Source of the DNA: Patescibacteria group bacterium
GTDB taxonomy: Bacteria > Patescibacteriota > Patescibacteriia > JAHIZJ01
Assembly: GCA_041661625.1 (NCBI GenBank)
Contig: JBAZUB010000003.1
Span: 69,004 to 133,003, forward strand
DNA: 64,000 bases
Direction of reading: 5' to 3'
In this document: positions 29,811-40,052 of the stretch, piece by piece
Position numbering within the stretch: position 1 is the stretch's first letter
Layout of the letters: each line of letters begins with the position of its first letter
The notes under the pieces: generated by a model
Told to the model about the DNA's origin: nothing
Databases searched by the model: none
Seen by the model: only the letters and a program-made list of their open reading frames with translations
Made by a program: the position numbers and the translations under genes

Positions 29811-29960
29811 TCTTATTGAAAGTAAGAATTAAGAAGTAACAAGTAACAAGGAAGGAAGCTCCCGTAGCGGGAGCTAAAATGATTTATTAAAATAAATAGG
29901 AGAGACAGAAACCAACACATTAAAACCCATTGACGCTTAAAAACTTTTTATCTGTCCAAC

Positions 29961-30356
29961 CTATTTATAGATTACAGCGGCATCATTGATAGTAATCTGA
30001 TCGGTCACGTCTCCAATCTGATACCAATATACGCCATTACTTCCGAAAGCATAAGAAAAAACTTCGTTCGGTTCGATCATAACGTCATTATCCTGATTGG
30101 CAAAGTCGGCATGAAATCTGACAGCGTGGTCGGTTAAATTGCGCCACACGACCGTATTGGGATTGGAACACTGGCCACGATTGATTGTAAAGCCTTGCAT
30201 AGACAGGCCGTCTTTCATGTACAAGTTGGTGTTTTTGTATTCTTCGGAATTGAGCAGCCTGTAATCAATAGTAAACTTTTCTGCTTGTTTACAGCCATTA
30301 CGATCGGCAATTATTGACCACATAAATAACGTGGCTATAGTCGCTACAATAACCAA
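29961..30356 (-). CDS. Hypothetical membrane-anchored protein, possibly cupredoxin-like fold
   Basis: N-terminal TM; TVVWRN..H..IEPNEVFSYAF..GVYWY pattern; start uncertain. Confidence 0.55.
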   Translation of the reverse strand: MVIVATIATLFMWSIIADRNGCKQAEKFTIDYRLLNSEEYKNTNLYMKDGLSMQGFTINRGQCSNPNTVVWRNLTDHAVRFHADFANQDNDVMIEPNEVFSYAFGSNGVYWYQIGDVTDQITINDAAVIYK

Positions 30357-30411
30357 ACATGCCAGAAGAAATGTTCTATTCGGGTGTAACCTTGATATGA
30401 TTATTTAAACA

Positions 30412-30987
30412 TCAGTTAAAATGATTCATCGCCGTCGGCAGGCCCTGCTCGAGCGCGAGAATGATGGCTTCAACGGTACGGCCGACCAGCTCGGGCAATT
30501 TGGCGGCTTGTTCGGCTGACCAGGGATTGAGCACGTAGTCGCCGGTGTCGTTGTTCTGGATCAGGTGCTCGTTGTCCATCGGTCGAATGCCGAACTTAAA
30601 CCGCGGAAAGCGGTCAGTGCCCAGCTGTTCAATCACTGACATGACGCCTTTATGACCCGCGGAAGAACCAATTGCCTTTATTTTCATGGCGCCGAATTCA
30701 ATATCGATATCGTCATAGACCAGCCAGATATTCGAGGGATCGATTTTATAGTAGCGCGCAATCATACTGACGGATTCACCGGAGTCATTCATGAACGTGG
30801 TCGGCTTGGCCAGATAGATCCGGTGATGCTGGTGGGTGGTTTTGCCGAGTTCAGCGTGGAATTCCTTGTCATCACGCAGATCCGTGCCGAGGCGCCGGGC
30901 CAGGGCATCGACCACATTAAAGCCGATGTTGTGGCGTGTGTGAGCGTACTTTGGCCCGGGGTTACCTAGGCCGGCGATGAGTTTCAT
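30412..30987 (-). CDS. pth: Peptidyl-tRNA hydrolase
   Basis: GLGNPG, TRHNIGF, KPTTFMNDSG, SAGHKG. Confidence 0.96.
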   Translation of the reverse strand: MKLIAGLGNPGPKYAHTRHNIGFNVVDALARRLGTDLRDDKEFHAELGKTTHQHHRIYLAKPTTFMNDSGESVSMIARYYKIDPSNIWLVYDDIDIEFGAMKIKAIGSSAGHKGVMSVIEQLGTDRFPRFKFGIRPMDNEHLIQNNDTGDYVLNPWSAEQAAKLPELVGRTVEAIILALEQGLPTAMNHFN

Positions 30988-32336
30988 TGTCGTCCTTTAT
31001 ATTGGGTAAAATTAAACTGCAGTGGCGCACCGGTAAAATCGAAGTGTGCCCGCAGCGTGTGTTCAATATAGCGATAGTAGAATTGGGGCAGACTGCCGGG
31101 CAAATTTGATTTGATCGTGAAGGTGGGCGGTTCGATACCGGTCTGGCTCATTTTAAGTTTGGCTGGCTGGGTACGCTTGGCGGTGATCAGCGGCGCGCGC
31201 TGTTTGCGCTGGAGCAGATCGGTGATTTCCAACAGGGCGGCCGGATCCACCCAGCGCTTCATGGCATCCTGCACCAGTCCGGCCATAGGCAGAAGCTTGG
31301 CGACATTCCAGCCCGACTTAGCGGATAGCGGCAGGATCGGCGCCCAGTTCAGGAATGGCAGAGAACCGCGAATTACCTCACTGATGGCGACGGCGGTTCG
31401 CTTATCTTTTGGGACCAAATCGGCTTTGTTAGCCACTACGACCAGGCCTTTATGCAGGTCGGCGATGGTTTGAGCCAGGCGCTTATCCTGGGCGCTGACA
31501 TTTTCGGTTAGATCCAGCATCAATATGGCTACGTCGCACTGCTTTATGGTCAGGGTAGTTTTGGCCTCGCTTTCCCGCTCCAACGGACTTTCCGGTCCGC
31601 GGGCATTGCGAATCCGAGCCGAACGGCGCAGGCCGGCCGTGTCGATCAAACAGTAGTCGCGTCCGTTGTTTTGCAGCAGCTCGTCATGCGATTCGCGGGT
31701 GGTGTAGGGCGTCGAGGCGACAATCGAGCGTTCCTCGCCCAGCAGGCGATTAAATAGAGAAGACTTGCCGACATTCGGCCGGCCGATCAGGGCCAGTTTC
31801 ACGGCGTCGACGGGCGGCCGGGGGACCAATGTCGGCTTCATATGCGCCACGATAACGTCGAGCAGGTCGCCCGACGACCGGCCGTTCAGGCCGGAGACCA
31901 TGGCAATTTCCGGCAGTCCCAGTTTGTGGTAGTCGGGACTGCAACGGCGCTCCTTTTGGGTGCTGTCGATTTTATTGATCACCAAGATAGCCGGCCGTTT
32001 CATTGCCAGAGCGGTACGAGCCGACTGCCGGTCGAGCGGCGTGGGATCAACTTTGCCATCTACCATCACCAAGACAACATCGGCCGTCTGCATCGCCCGC
32101 TTAATGTGTTTGTGAATATTCTGCTCGACTTCGCTATTGGGATTGGTATCAAAACCGCCGGTATCGATCAGCTTAAAGGCAATGCCGCGCCATTCCACGA
32201 TGGCGTGGTTGCTGTCCCGGGTCGTGCCGGGTATGGCAGATGTTATCGCTTGAGATTTTTCGATCAACCGGTTAAACAGGGTTGATTTCCCAACATTGGC
32301 CCGTCCGATAATAATTGCGTTGGGTAGGGAGGTCAT
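30984..32336 (-). CDS. der: Ribosome biogenesis GTPase Der (EngA)
   Basis: Two GTPase domains: GRANVGKS..DTGG..NKID and GRPNVGKS..DTAG..NKAD. Confidence 0.95.
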   Translation of the reverse strand: MTSLPNAIIIGRANVGKSTLFNRLIEKSQAITSAIPGTTRDSNHAIVEWRGIAFKLIDTGGFDTNPNSEVEQNIHKHIKRAMQTADVVLVMVDGKVDPTPLDRQSARTALAMKRPAILVINKIDSTQKERRCSPDYHKLGLPEIAMVSGLNGRSSGDLLDVIVAHMKPTLVPRPPVDAVKLALIGRPNVGKSSLFNRLLGEERSIVASTPYTTRESHDELLQNNGRDYCLIDTAGLRRSARIRNARGPESPLERESEAKTTLTIKQCDVAILMLDLTENVSAQDKRLAQTIADLHKGLVVVANKADLVPKDKRTAVAISEVIRGSLPFLNWAPILPLSAKSGWNVAKLLPMAGLVQDAMKRWVDPAALLEITDLLQRKQRAPLITAKRTQPAKLKMSQTGIEPPTFTIKSNLPGSLPQFYYRYIEHTLRAHFDFTGAPLQFNFTQYKGRQ

Positions 32337-32344
32337 AAAATAAC

Positions 32345-34087
32345 TTAATGGCTGTTAGTATTAGAGTTTCGGTTGGAGTTGGTAATTACGTTCTGATTTA
32401 CGGTCGCGTTGGCATTAGAATTCCGATTTGTGTTGGAGTTAACGTTTGTATTGGTATTTGAATTGGTATTGGCATTTCGATTGGTCACAGCTGAGTTGAC
32501 GTTCAGATTGCTATTCGTATTTAAGTTGGCACTGATGATGGTATTGGCATTAGTATTGGTTGTTTTGGATTTGGTCGCCAGTTGATCCGCGCCCAGCACA
32601 ATCACAATATCGCTAGTGGTCGATTGGGGATTCGGCTGTTGTTCGTTAACCAAGGTGGAGCTGGTGGGGTATGACGAATTATTTGTAACATTCTGCGACA
32701 GGTCTTTATTGGTGGGCACGACCGCCGGCCGTTGCTGGTACACTTGGGCGTGCAGCGTCTTTCGAAGATATTCCACCGTCGCTGGTTTCTGTCCCAGGGT
32801 CAGGTCATAGATCACCGTCGTTTTGGTATTGCGATCCTGGGTGGCTGATTGACTTGATATTGTTAAGCCAATATCGATCAGGTCGCTGGCAATGCGCTGG
32901 CTGATGGCGGTATTCTTGGTCCCGTTTTGGATCTCAATACGGGCCTGTTCCTTGATCAGCAAGCTGCGTTCAAATATCGTGCCGGCCAGATCTCGGATCT
33001 CGGAATAATTACCCAGGCCGGCATTAGGTTCGAGTAAATAGGCTCCATCGGTGCCGGTGGTAGTATGGAGCAGGCCAGTGGCTGAATTATCCAATACATG
33101 GGTGATGATCTGGCTCTGGTCAATGTCTTTCGTCAGGTCGACCAGACGCAATAATTCCCAAATTTCCATATCGGTTTTGAGATGCTGGCCGATGGTGTCG
33201 GTAATATCCATGATCTTTTTCGGGTTGGCCAACGTACCCAGCGACAAAGCCTTTTTCTTTACGGCGGAAATAATCTTTTGCTGCCGCTTGGAACGGGCAA
33301 AGTCGGAACCCTCGCCGTTATTGCCATGACGCGAACGGGCGTACTTCAGGGCCGTTTCGCCATCCATATGCTGGAGGCCGGCTTTGAAGCTGATGGTCTG
33401 GTAGCCGTAATTGGTCGTGGGATATTCATAATCGGTAAAAGCCTGGTCGACTGTCACGTCCACGCCGTTCAGTTGGTCGATCAGTTTCTTGAAGCCAGAA
33501 AAATCCACCGACCCATAATAGTCGATTGGCTGCTGTAAGACATCTTCCAGTATGCCGGCTAGTATCTTCTCGCCACCTTGCTTCGGGTCGGTTTGGTAGC
33601 CGAAGGCATTGGCATTGTTTATCTTACGCCAGCCATAATCAGGAATATTTACCACCAGATCCCGGGGGATGGACAGCATGGCCACTTCATTGGTCGACGG
33701 CTTGATGCTGGCCACAATGATGGTATCGGCCAGATAGGCGCCGTCATGTCCGGCACCGCCCATACCGACCAACATGATATTTACCCGGTCCCGAGATTCA
33801 CCCTCGATCTGCTTGTCATTGCTTGTCACCAGGTGTTTGAGCTGATCCAACGGGCTGCTGCTTTGCCGACTGAAGATGCCGCCATTGGAAAAAATAACCT
33901 TATACGAAAAAGCAAAACCCAAAATTACAATGATCGCGATAGTGTATAAAAAAATCTTCAACACTAAAAACGGCCAGCGCTGGTTTGGTTTTTTATTAGC
34001 GTTGGCGGCTGCGATGTTAGAAGCGGGTGGGGGAGTCGGCGGAGTCTCCGCGGGTAGCTTGATATCCAACTTTGTTTTTTTGGCCAT
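32345..34087 (-). CDS. LytR-CpsA-Psr (LCP) family protein with Asn-rich tail
   Basis: ADTIIVASI, LSIPRDL, ALKYARSR, SDFARSKRQQ; LytR_C-like IQNGT. Confidence 0.9.
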   Translation of the reverse strand: MAKKTKLDIKLPAETPPTPPPASNIAAANANKKPNQRWPFLVLKIFLYTIAIIVILGFAFSYKVIFSNGGIFSRQSSSPLDQLKHLVTSNDKQIEGESRDRVNIMLVGMGGAGHDGAYLADTIIVASIKPSTNEVAMLSIPRDLVVNIPDYGWRKINNANAFGYQTDPKQGGEKILAGILEDVLQQPIDYYGSVDFSGFKKLIDQLNGVDVTVDQAFTDYEYPTTNYGYQTISFKAGLQHMDGETALKYARSRHGNNGEGSDFARSKRQQKIISAVKKKALSLGTLANPKKIMDITDTIGQHLKTDMEIWELLRLVDLTKDIDQSQIITHVLDNSATGLLHTTTGTDGAYLLEPNAGLGNYSEIRDLAGTIFERSLLIKEQARIEIQNGTKNTAISQRIASDLIDIGLTISSQSATQDRNTKTTVIYDLTLGQKPATVEYLRKTLHAQVYQQRPAVVPTNKDLSQNVTNNSSYPTSSTLVNEQQPNPQSTTSDIVIVLGADQLATKSKTTNTNANTIISANLNTNSNLNVNSAVTNRNANTNSNTNTNVNSNTNRNSNANATVNQNVITNSNRNSNTNSH

Positions 34088-34286
34088 ACGTCAGCAAATT
34101 ATACTATAACCAGGGGGCAAAGTCAAAAGAAACATTAATTCACCGAACCCAATACATTGGATAGTGAAATCCTAATATCTAACTTCAAAATCCTAAATAA
34201 TATCGAATTACCAATCTCGAATATTTCAAACATTAAAAAAATCGAGATTGGAATTTGTTTAGTATATCGATATTCTAATTTCGAAT

Positions 34287-35231
34287 TTATTGCGGCACTT
34301 GCTTCATGCCCGCCTTGATGTCCGATAGTTTCATACCGCGCAGATTGGTCAGGATCAGGGCAATACTTAATGGCGCCAGAAAACCGATGGTACGGGACAG
34401 GAATACCACAATGGTGGCCGGTTCATTGGCAATGCCCAACTGGCCGTACAGAAAAAGCATCGACAGATCCATCGCGCCCAATCCCAGGGGCAGGAATGAA
34501 AATATCGCCGCCAGCGTGCCGATTGCCTCCACGCCGATGACTGCCAGCGGAGAAACGTGGACGCCCAGTGCCGCCAACGTGGCCCAAGACAACATCGCTT
34601 GGGTCGACCAGGTAGCAATGCTATGAAATGTAGTCCAACCCATCGCGCGTAATCTTCCGGTGGCGCGGGAATCGTGCAATTGCAGCAATGCCGGCCGCCA
34701 GCGTATCGGTACGAAACGAATAAACATGGAAATATATCGAAAAACCAGCAGCAAACCCAGCATCAAGAGTAATAGCAGGCTAAACAACCAAATCAACCTC
34801 GAGTCATTTAGCACGATATACACAAAAACAATCGAAGCCGCGCTTAAAAAAAGAAAATCGAATATCCGTTCAAAAATTGTCGCAGCCGTACCGGTTACCG
34901 CCGGGATAGATTTTTGATGCAATAAATATATCTTGCTGGCTTCACCCAGCCGTCCCGGCGTCATCATGGCGATGGCGATCGCGGTCATCTGGATAAAAGA
35001 CAGGTCGCGCCAAGGCAATCGGAAACCAAAATAGTTGGTCACGCTGCCCAGTCGGGCAATCTTGAAATAGAGACTGAATAAATAGGCTACAATACCCAGC
35101 AATAGCCACCAAAGATTAGCACTGCGAAAAAGACGACCCATCGTGGCATAGTCGAGCCGCGATAGAAAATAGATCAAAAAGCCAATAATAACTACGTTCA
35201 GAGCGATAAAAATTATCTTGGCTTTTTTCAT
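34287..35231 (-). CDS. Lysylphosphatidylglycerol synthase TM / flippase-like (UPF0104) membrane protein
   Basis: TPGRLGE, FERIFD, LPLGLGAMD; polytopic. Confidence 0.8.
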   Translation of the reverse strand: MKKAKIIFIALNVVIIGFLIYFLSRLDYATMGRLFRSANLWWLLLGIVAYLFSLYFKIARLGSVTNYFGFRLPWRDLSFIQMTAIAIAMMTPGRLGEASKIYLLHQKSIPAVTGTAATIFERIFDFLFLSAASIVFVYIVLNDSRLIWLFSLLLLLMLGLLLVFRYISMFIRFVPIRWRPALLQLHDSRATGRLRAMGWTTFHSIATWSTQAMLSWATLAALGVHVSPLAVIGVEAIGTLAAIFSFLPLGLGAMDLSMLFLYGQLGIANEPATIVVFLSRTIGFLAPLSIALILTNLRGMKLSDIKAGMKQVPQ

Positions 35232-35491
35232 GAGAGAAATATTCAATTGATAGATGATACAAAAACGTTGTCAGTATATCAGCTAACCGGATATATAGCC
35301 ACGTAAGGGTGTCATCCGCCTTCGGTAAAGGGTCGAATATTGACATTTGCAATTACTTAAAAAAAGTGCTATACTATACCTACTTTTTGCGAAAGTTAGC
35401 CAAGAATTGAGAGTTAATTAGTATAATTGGTTAATTAGTTGATTAGGTTTCGATTACTAAGTTAGTTGCTTTCACAACGTCTTTTATTTAA

Positions 35492-35617
35492 GGGTGATTA
35501 ACTCAGTTGGGCCCCGCTTTGCGGGGCGGGCAGGAGTGAACCAGCCCATAGGGCGCAGTGAACGTCGGCTGCTCCGAGCGTGCGCAGGAGCAGACGCTGC
35601 CCAGGATAGAGCGCACC
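35492..35617 (+). pseudogene. tRNA 5'-half relic interrupted in the D-loop by a palindromic insert
   Basis: GGGTGATTAACTCAGTTGG-[~96 nt]-TAGAGCG matches the adjacent tRNA-Val 5' end. Confidence 0.55.
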
Positions 35618-35645
35618 ATTGAAATATATATCAATGTTTTTTCGA

Positions 35646-35722
35646 GGGTGATTAGCTCAGTTGGTTAGAGCGCTGTCCTCACACGACAGAGGTCCCTGGT
35701 TCAAATCCAGGATCACCCACCA
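35646..35722 (+). tRNA. tRNA-Val(CAC)
   Basis: GGGTGAT/ATCACCC acceptor stem, CTGTC CT CAC AC GACAG anticodon arm, GGTTCAAATCC, CCA. Confidence 0.96.
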
Positions 35723-35835
35723 GTCTACGCTTATAGCGAAAGATGTCCACCGAAGCTTCAAGCGTAGGTGGACAAAAGTATTGTTTGTTGCTTTATCCAA
35801 TCATGATACTTCGGCTGGCGGGGCCCCCTAGGAAT

Positions 35836-35949
35836 GAGCGCACGATTCACACCCGCCTGCCAAAGCACAGCGTCTGCCTGTCGGCAGACAGGGCAGACAG
35901 GGCGGGCGGGTTCGTGAGGTCGCCCCGCTAAGCGGGGCATCGTCCACCA
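35836..35949 (+). pseudogene. Val(CAC)-like tRNA relic with hairpin inserts
   Basis: GAGCG CACGA TT CAC A-[59-nt hairpin]-T TCGTG AGGTC-[GCCCCGCTAAGCGGGGC]-ATCGTCCACCA. Confidence 0.55.
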
Positions 35950-35983
35950 CGGGCCAAAGCTCGAAAATTAATACGCTAAACCA

Positions 35984-36418
35984 TTGGAAAATATTTTCAA
36001 TAATCTGATACTGGAGTTACACGTTCCGGATTTCGTAAAAGCGCGTAAGTTTTATTCTACGTTTAATTTCCATCAAATAAGTTATATTCCAGCTGGCAGC
36101 GAATTAGGATATATGGTATTGGCACGCATCGACACAATTGGAAAAACGTGTATAAATTTCTATGGTGATAACGAGAGAGTGGCTCGACATACACATTTTG
36201 CAGATTATCCCACAGGAACGCCGCGTGGGTATGCTGTGGAAATTACAATTCCAGTATCAAATGTCGAAGAATTATGGAAATTAGCAAATAGCGTTTTGGA
36301 TTCATCTCAGATCGCTCAACCTCTGGAACTAAAGCGCTGGGGTAAAAAAGATTTTAGAGTAGTCGATCCATTTGGTTTCTATGTCCGATTTACAGAGCTA
36401 GTCGACTGGTTCAATTAA
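35984..36418 (+). CDS. VOC/glyoxalase-like protein
   Basis: LELHVPDF..ARKFY, WGKKDFRVVDPFG. Confidence 0.8.
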   Translation: MENIFNNLILELHVPDFVKARKFYSTFNFHQISYIPAGSELGYMVLARIDTIGKTCINFYGDNERVARHTHFADYPTGTPRGYAVEITIPVSNVEELWKLANSVLDSSQIAQPLELKRWGKKDFRVVDPFGFYVRFTELVDWFN

Positions 36419-36456
36419 TTCTCCAATAAACAAATTAACTTAATCATCACTACCCC

Positions 36457-37110
36457 ATGACATTCTTAGACAAAATCAATCAACCGAGAACGGGTACGCC
36501 CGAAGAAGCGAAGTCCGATAAGCAAATGGAGTCTAAGGGTGGTCTGTCATTTTTCGCGTCGATGGGCGGATTCGCCCTGGAAATAGTCAAGGTGGTGGTA
36601 ATATCACTGGCGATTATCATTCCCGTGCGGTATTTCCTGATTCAGCCGTTTTACGTCAAGGGCGCGTCGATGGAGCCGAGTTTTTACGATAATCAATATC
36701 TGATGATCGATGAAATAAGCTATCGGTTTGCCGAACCGCATCGGGGTGATATCATAGTTTTCAAATATCCCGAGAATCCCAGTCAGTTTTTCATCAAGCG
36801 GGTGATCGGCGTACCGGGTGAGACGGTCGAAATCCGCAACGGCCACGTGATTATTTATAATACGCAGGCACCGCGCGGCGAGGTATTGGACGAAAGCCCT
36901 TATTTGGCAGCCGATGTCTACACTTCGGGCAATGAAACCGTCGAATTAAAATCAAACGAGTTTTACGTGATGGGCGATAACCGCGAGCAGAGTCTGGATT
37001 CGCGCCGGATTGGCCCGATCACGAAAAACTATATTGTTGGTCGGACCTGGATCAGAGCTTGGCCGCTAAACAAATGGCAGGTATTTCACGACCCAGCCTA
37101 TAATCTGTAA
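36457..37110 (+). CDS. lepB: Signal peptidase I
   Basis: GASMEP, RGDIIVF, FIKRVIG, MGDNREQSLDSR. Confidence 0.95.
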   Translation: MTFLDKINQPRTGTPEEAKSDKQMESKGGLSFFASMGGFALEIVKVVVISLAIIIPVRYFLIQPFYVKGASMEPSFYDNQYLMIDEISYRFAEPHRGDIIVFKYPENPSQFFIKRVIGVPGETVEIRNGHVIIYNTQAPRGEVLDESPYLAADVYTSGNETVELKSNEFYVMGDNREQSLDSRRIGPITKNYIVGRTWIRAWPLNKWQVFHDPAYNL

Positions 37111-38487
37111 ATGATGAAACCATCTATGGAAAAGGAAAAGAAAGAACCCAGCAAGGCCAAATTCACCCAGCCGCGGCTGGTGCGGGGTATGAAAGATATC
37201 CTGCCCAGCGAACAGGCTTATTGGGATTGGATTCGCACGCGGGTGTTTGAATTGGCGCGGGATTACAGCTTTGGCCATATTACCACGCCGGTATTGGAAC
37301 AAGAGGCCCTGTTTGTCCGATCGATCGGCGAGGGCACTGACATCGTGGAAAAAGAAATGTTTGCTTTTTCCGACCAGGGCGAGGACAAGCTGGTCATGCG
37401 TCCCGAAGCCACCGCTTCGATTGTGCGCGCCTACAATGAACACGGCATGGTCAATCTGCCCCAGCCGGTTAAATTATTTTATTACGGCCCGATGTTCCGG
37501 CGGGAACGGCCCCAGGCCGGGCGATATCGGGAATTCAACCAATACGGTTTCGAAGTATTGGGCGAGGAACAGCCGATCGTAGACGCCCAATTGATGGTCA
37601 TGGCCTATAATTTCTTCAAAGAACTGGGCTTGCCGGTCAGTCTTCAGGTCAATAGCTTGGGCAATGCCGCCAGCCGCACCAAATACCGCAAGGAACTAAA
37701 CGATTACTTCAAGCCTCGTCGCAATCAGCTGTGCGATGATTGCAAAAAGCGTTTATTGACCAACCCACTGCGGGTGCTGGATTGCAAAGTGCCGACCTGC
37801 CAAGAGTTGGCCGTGGACGCACCGCAAATCGTGGATTATCTCGATGAGGTAGACAATAAGCACTTTACGCAAGTATTGGAATATCTCGAAGAGCTGGAAG
37901 TGCCGTATATCCTGAATCCGCGCATTATTCGCGGGCTGGATTATTATTCGCGCACCACGTTTGAAATCTGGCCGGAAAACGAAGCCGATGCCCGGCAAAG
38001 TACGCTGGGCGGCGGCGGCCGCTATGACGGTTTGGCTGAAATGCTGGGCGGACGGCCCACGCCGGCCTGTGGATTCGCGGTCGGGATCGAACGGGTGATA
38101 TTGAAACTGAAAGAAGCCGGTCTCACTACACCCAGTCTGCCGGCACCAGAAGTATACGTGGCTCAACTGGGCGACCAGTCCCGCCGCAAGGCCCTGTTGC
38201 TCTACGAGCGTCTGCGCCGCGAAGGTTTCCTGGTGGCGGAAAACTTTTCCAAGGAGGGGATCAAGGCGCAATTGGAATCGGCCAACCGCCAGGATATCAA
38301 GATCGCGTTGATCCTGGGCCAAAAGGAAAATATCGATGGCACGATCCTGATCCGCGACATGGAAAGCGGCACCCAGGAAGTGCTGAACTTCGAAAAGGTG
38401 ACCAATGAGCTCAAGCGCCGATTGCGCAAGAATGGCAATGGCGCCACGAACGGAAATGGCACCACCGAGAAGCCGCCAGTGGCTTAA
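37111..38487 (+). CDS. hisS: Histidine--tRNA ligase
   Basis: RGMKD, KEMFAF, RPEATA, FRRERPQAGRYREF, RGLDYY, GGGRYDGL. Confidence 0.97.
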   Translation: MMKPSMEKEKKEPSKAKFTQPRLVRGMKDILPSEQAYWDWIRTRVFELARDYSFGHITTPVLEQEALFVRSIGEGTDIVEKEMFAFSDQGEDKLVMRPEATASIVRAYNEHGMVNLPQPVKLFYYGPMFRRERPQAGRYREFNQYGFEVLGEEQPIVDAQLMVMAYNFFKELGLPVSLQVNSLGNAASRTKYRKELNDYFKPRRNQLCDDCKKRLLTNPLRVLDCKVPTCQELAVDAPQIVDYLDEVDNKHFTQVLEYLEELEVPYILNPRIIRGLDYYSRTTFEIWPENEADARQSTLGGGGRYDGLAEMLGGRPTPACGFAVGIERVILKLKEAGLTTPSLPAPEVYVAQLGDQSRRKALLLYERLRREGFLVAENFSKEGIKAQLESANRQDIKIALILGQKENIDGTILIRDMESGTQEVLNFEKVTNELKRRLRKNGNGATNGNGTTEKPPVA

Positions 38488-38580
38488 AGCTCTACACTCG
38501 ATCTCTATAAAATGCGATAATACCTGGCTTAATCGGGGTATTTCGCATATACTCTAGTTAAGTGAAATAAATCCTCTCTT

Positions 38581-39252
38581 ATGAACGGTGTTTGTATGAT
38601 TTTTTCAGCGGTCATTCTTTCGATCATTTATATCGGCTACTATCTTTTTGCTACTGGAATACCCGAAGCTGCTATCTCTAGTAGTGAAATATTAGGTTTC
38701 GTTTATGCTATAGCAATATCTATTATTGCTGCTGGTATTTTTTATCTATTCCAAGTTTATATACCAGAAAAAAAACGAAAGGACATTATAAGGGGTAATT
38801 TTAAATTGAATTACACACACTTTAAGGAAGACAGCATTTCAATCTTTTTATCTGCTCTAGGCCATAGCCACGACGTGCAATTACTAAAGAAATTGTCAGG
38901 GCTGGAAGAATTCAAAAACTATTTCAAAGAGAACCATAAAGAAGGGCGGGACAGGTGGAACGGCGTACTCAATGGCTTAAATGAATCCTTACTCAAAGAC
39001 CTTCTGGTTCAATTTGAAATATTAACTCAAGAAATTGATTTTTACCTCAGTAATATTTCATTGCACGACGAAGAAGTGTTTTCCTTCTTAAAGAGATTGA
39101 AAATTACGACTCAAACCCTAAAAAATACCAGCCTTAATTACGATGAAGTTAAGAGGCTTTCTGGATTTTTGTGGGAGCTATTTTCAGGTTGGAGTTTTAT
39201 TTCAGGGTATCGAAAGAATGACATATTTGAAGAAATGCTCGATAGGGTATAA
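38581..39252 (+). CDS. Cassette 1: hypothetical membrane-anchored protein
   Basis: 223 aa, two N-terminal TMs, AT-rich; flanked by GTTAAGTGAAATAAATCCT / AGGATTTACTTCACTTAAC. Confidence 0.75.
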   Translation: MNGVCMIFSAVILSIIYIGYYLFATGIPEAAISSSEILGFVYAIAISIIAAGIFYLFQVYIPEKKRKDIIRGNFKLNYTHFKEDSISIFLSALGHSHDVQLLKKLSGLEEFKNYFKENHKEGRDRWNGVLNGLNESLLKDLLVQFEILTQEIDFYLSNISLHDEEVFSFLKRLKITTQTLKNTSLNYDEVKRLSGFLWELFSGWSFISGYRKNDIFEEMLDRV

Positions 39253-39270
39253 TTGTGTAGGATTTACTTC

Positions 39271-39614
39271 ACTTAACACGGGCTAGCCGGTTCGCTTACC
39301 AAATAATTAACCAAAGAATATGATTACTGCACTCGGTATTGCAACAGTCGTTCTACTAATAATTATTGCCTATTTGTTACTAAGCATCAAAGGAACGCTT
39401 GAGGGTTTTTACGAAAGGGTATGGAATCATCTTTACTACGGAAAACAAAAGAGTCCGAGTGTTCTTGATGCTCTTGATAAGGTGATTAAGGACAAAGAGG
39501 CAAAGGGTTAAAAATCTCCGCTCACCCAAATTGCTCCTTCATTCCGGCGGTGTGCTCCGCACAATTGTACCGCCTCCATTCCGTCGCAACTTCGGCTAGC
39601 CCGAAACGTTATGT
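39271..39614 (+). repeat. Expanded attC-like site (344 bp) enclosing a small ORF
   Basis: ACTTAAC-ACGGGCTAGCCG ... CGGCTAGCCCG-AAAC-GTTATGT. Confidence 0.75.
39320..39511 (+). CDS. Small single-TM protein located inside the attC-like site
   Basis: 63 aa, MITALGIATVVLLIIIAYLLL.. Confidence 0.6.
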   Translation: MITALGIATVVLLIIIAYLLLSIKGTLEGFYERVWNHLYYGKQKSPSVLDALDKVIKDKEAKG

Positions 39615-39678
39615 GACATACTGCCCAATCTCAACAATTAATAATTTATCTACCTTATAACAATTATTTTAATCAAAC

Positions 39679-40035
39679 ATGGCGCATGAAACAGGTTCGG
39701 AACATATCGTTAATTTAGAGAGGTTTAGAAGTGCTCTAGCGACGAAAGCTGAAGAATATGCTGAAGCATCCTATACTACTTTTAACCTGAGCACAGATCT
39801 TAAAGATGTGGCTCATAAACAGGAACTATCAGCGGGGCTTCTTCAAGAGCTTTTAACTACTTGTGCGGTAGAACTTCAACAATCTCCTGACCCAGATGAA
39901 ACGATGATAATAATTAAAGAAGCTCTCGTTGATTACCAGCATGAAAATGGTACCTTGCTATTCTCTGACAGTGGTAAAGCAAAATTCTACCACGATTTAG
40001 TGATAGCAATTGCACGGCTGAGTAACCGGGCCTAG
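39679..40035 (+). CDS. Cassette hypothetical protein
   Basis: 118-aa ORF filling the cassette. Confidence 0.7.
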   Translation: MAHETGSEHIVNLERFRSALATKAEEYAEASYTTFNLSTDLKDVAHKQELSAGLLQELLTTCAVELQQSPDPDETMIIIKEALVDYQHENGTLLFSDSGKAKFYHDLVIAIARLSNRA

Positions 40036-40052
40036 ATATTGGGCAGTACATC

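Noticed and set aside
34160-34286. AT-rich quasi-heptamer inverted repeats
   Set aside because: Low-complexity intergenic repeat with no associated gene; no function supportable.
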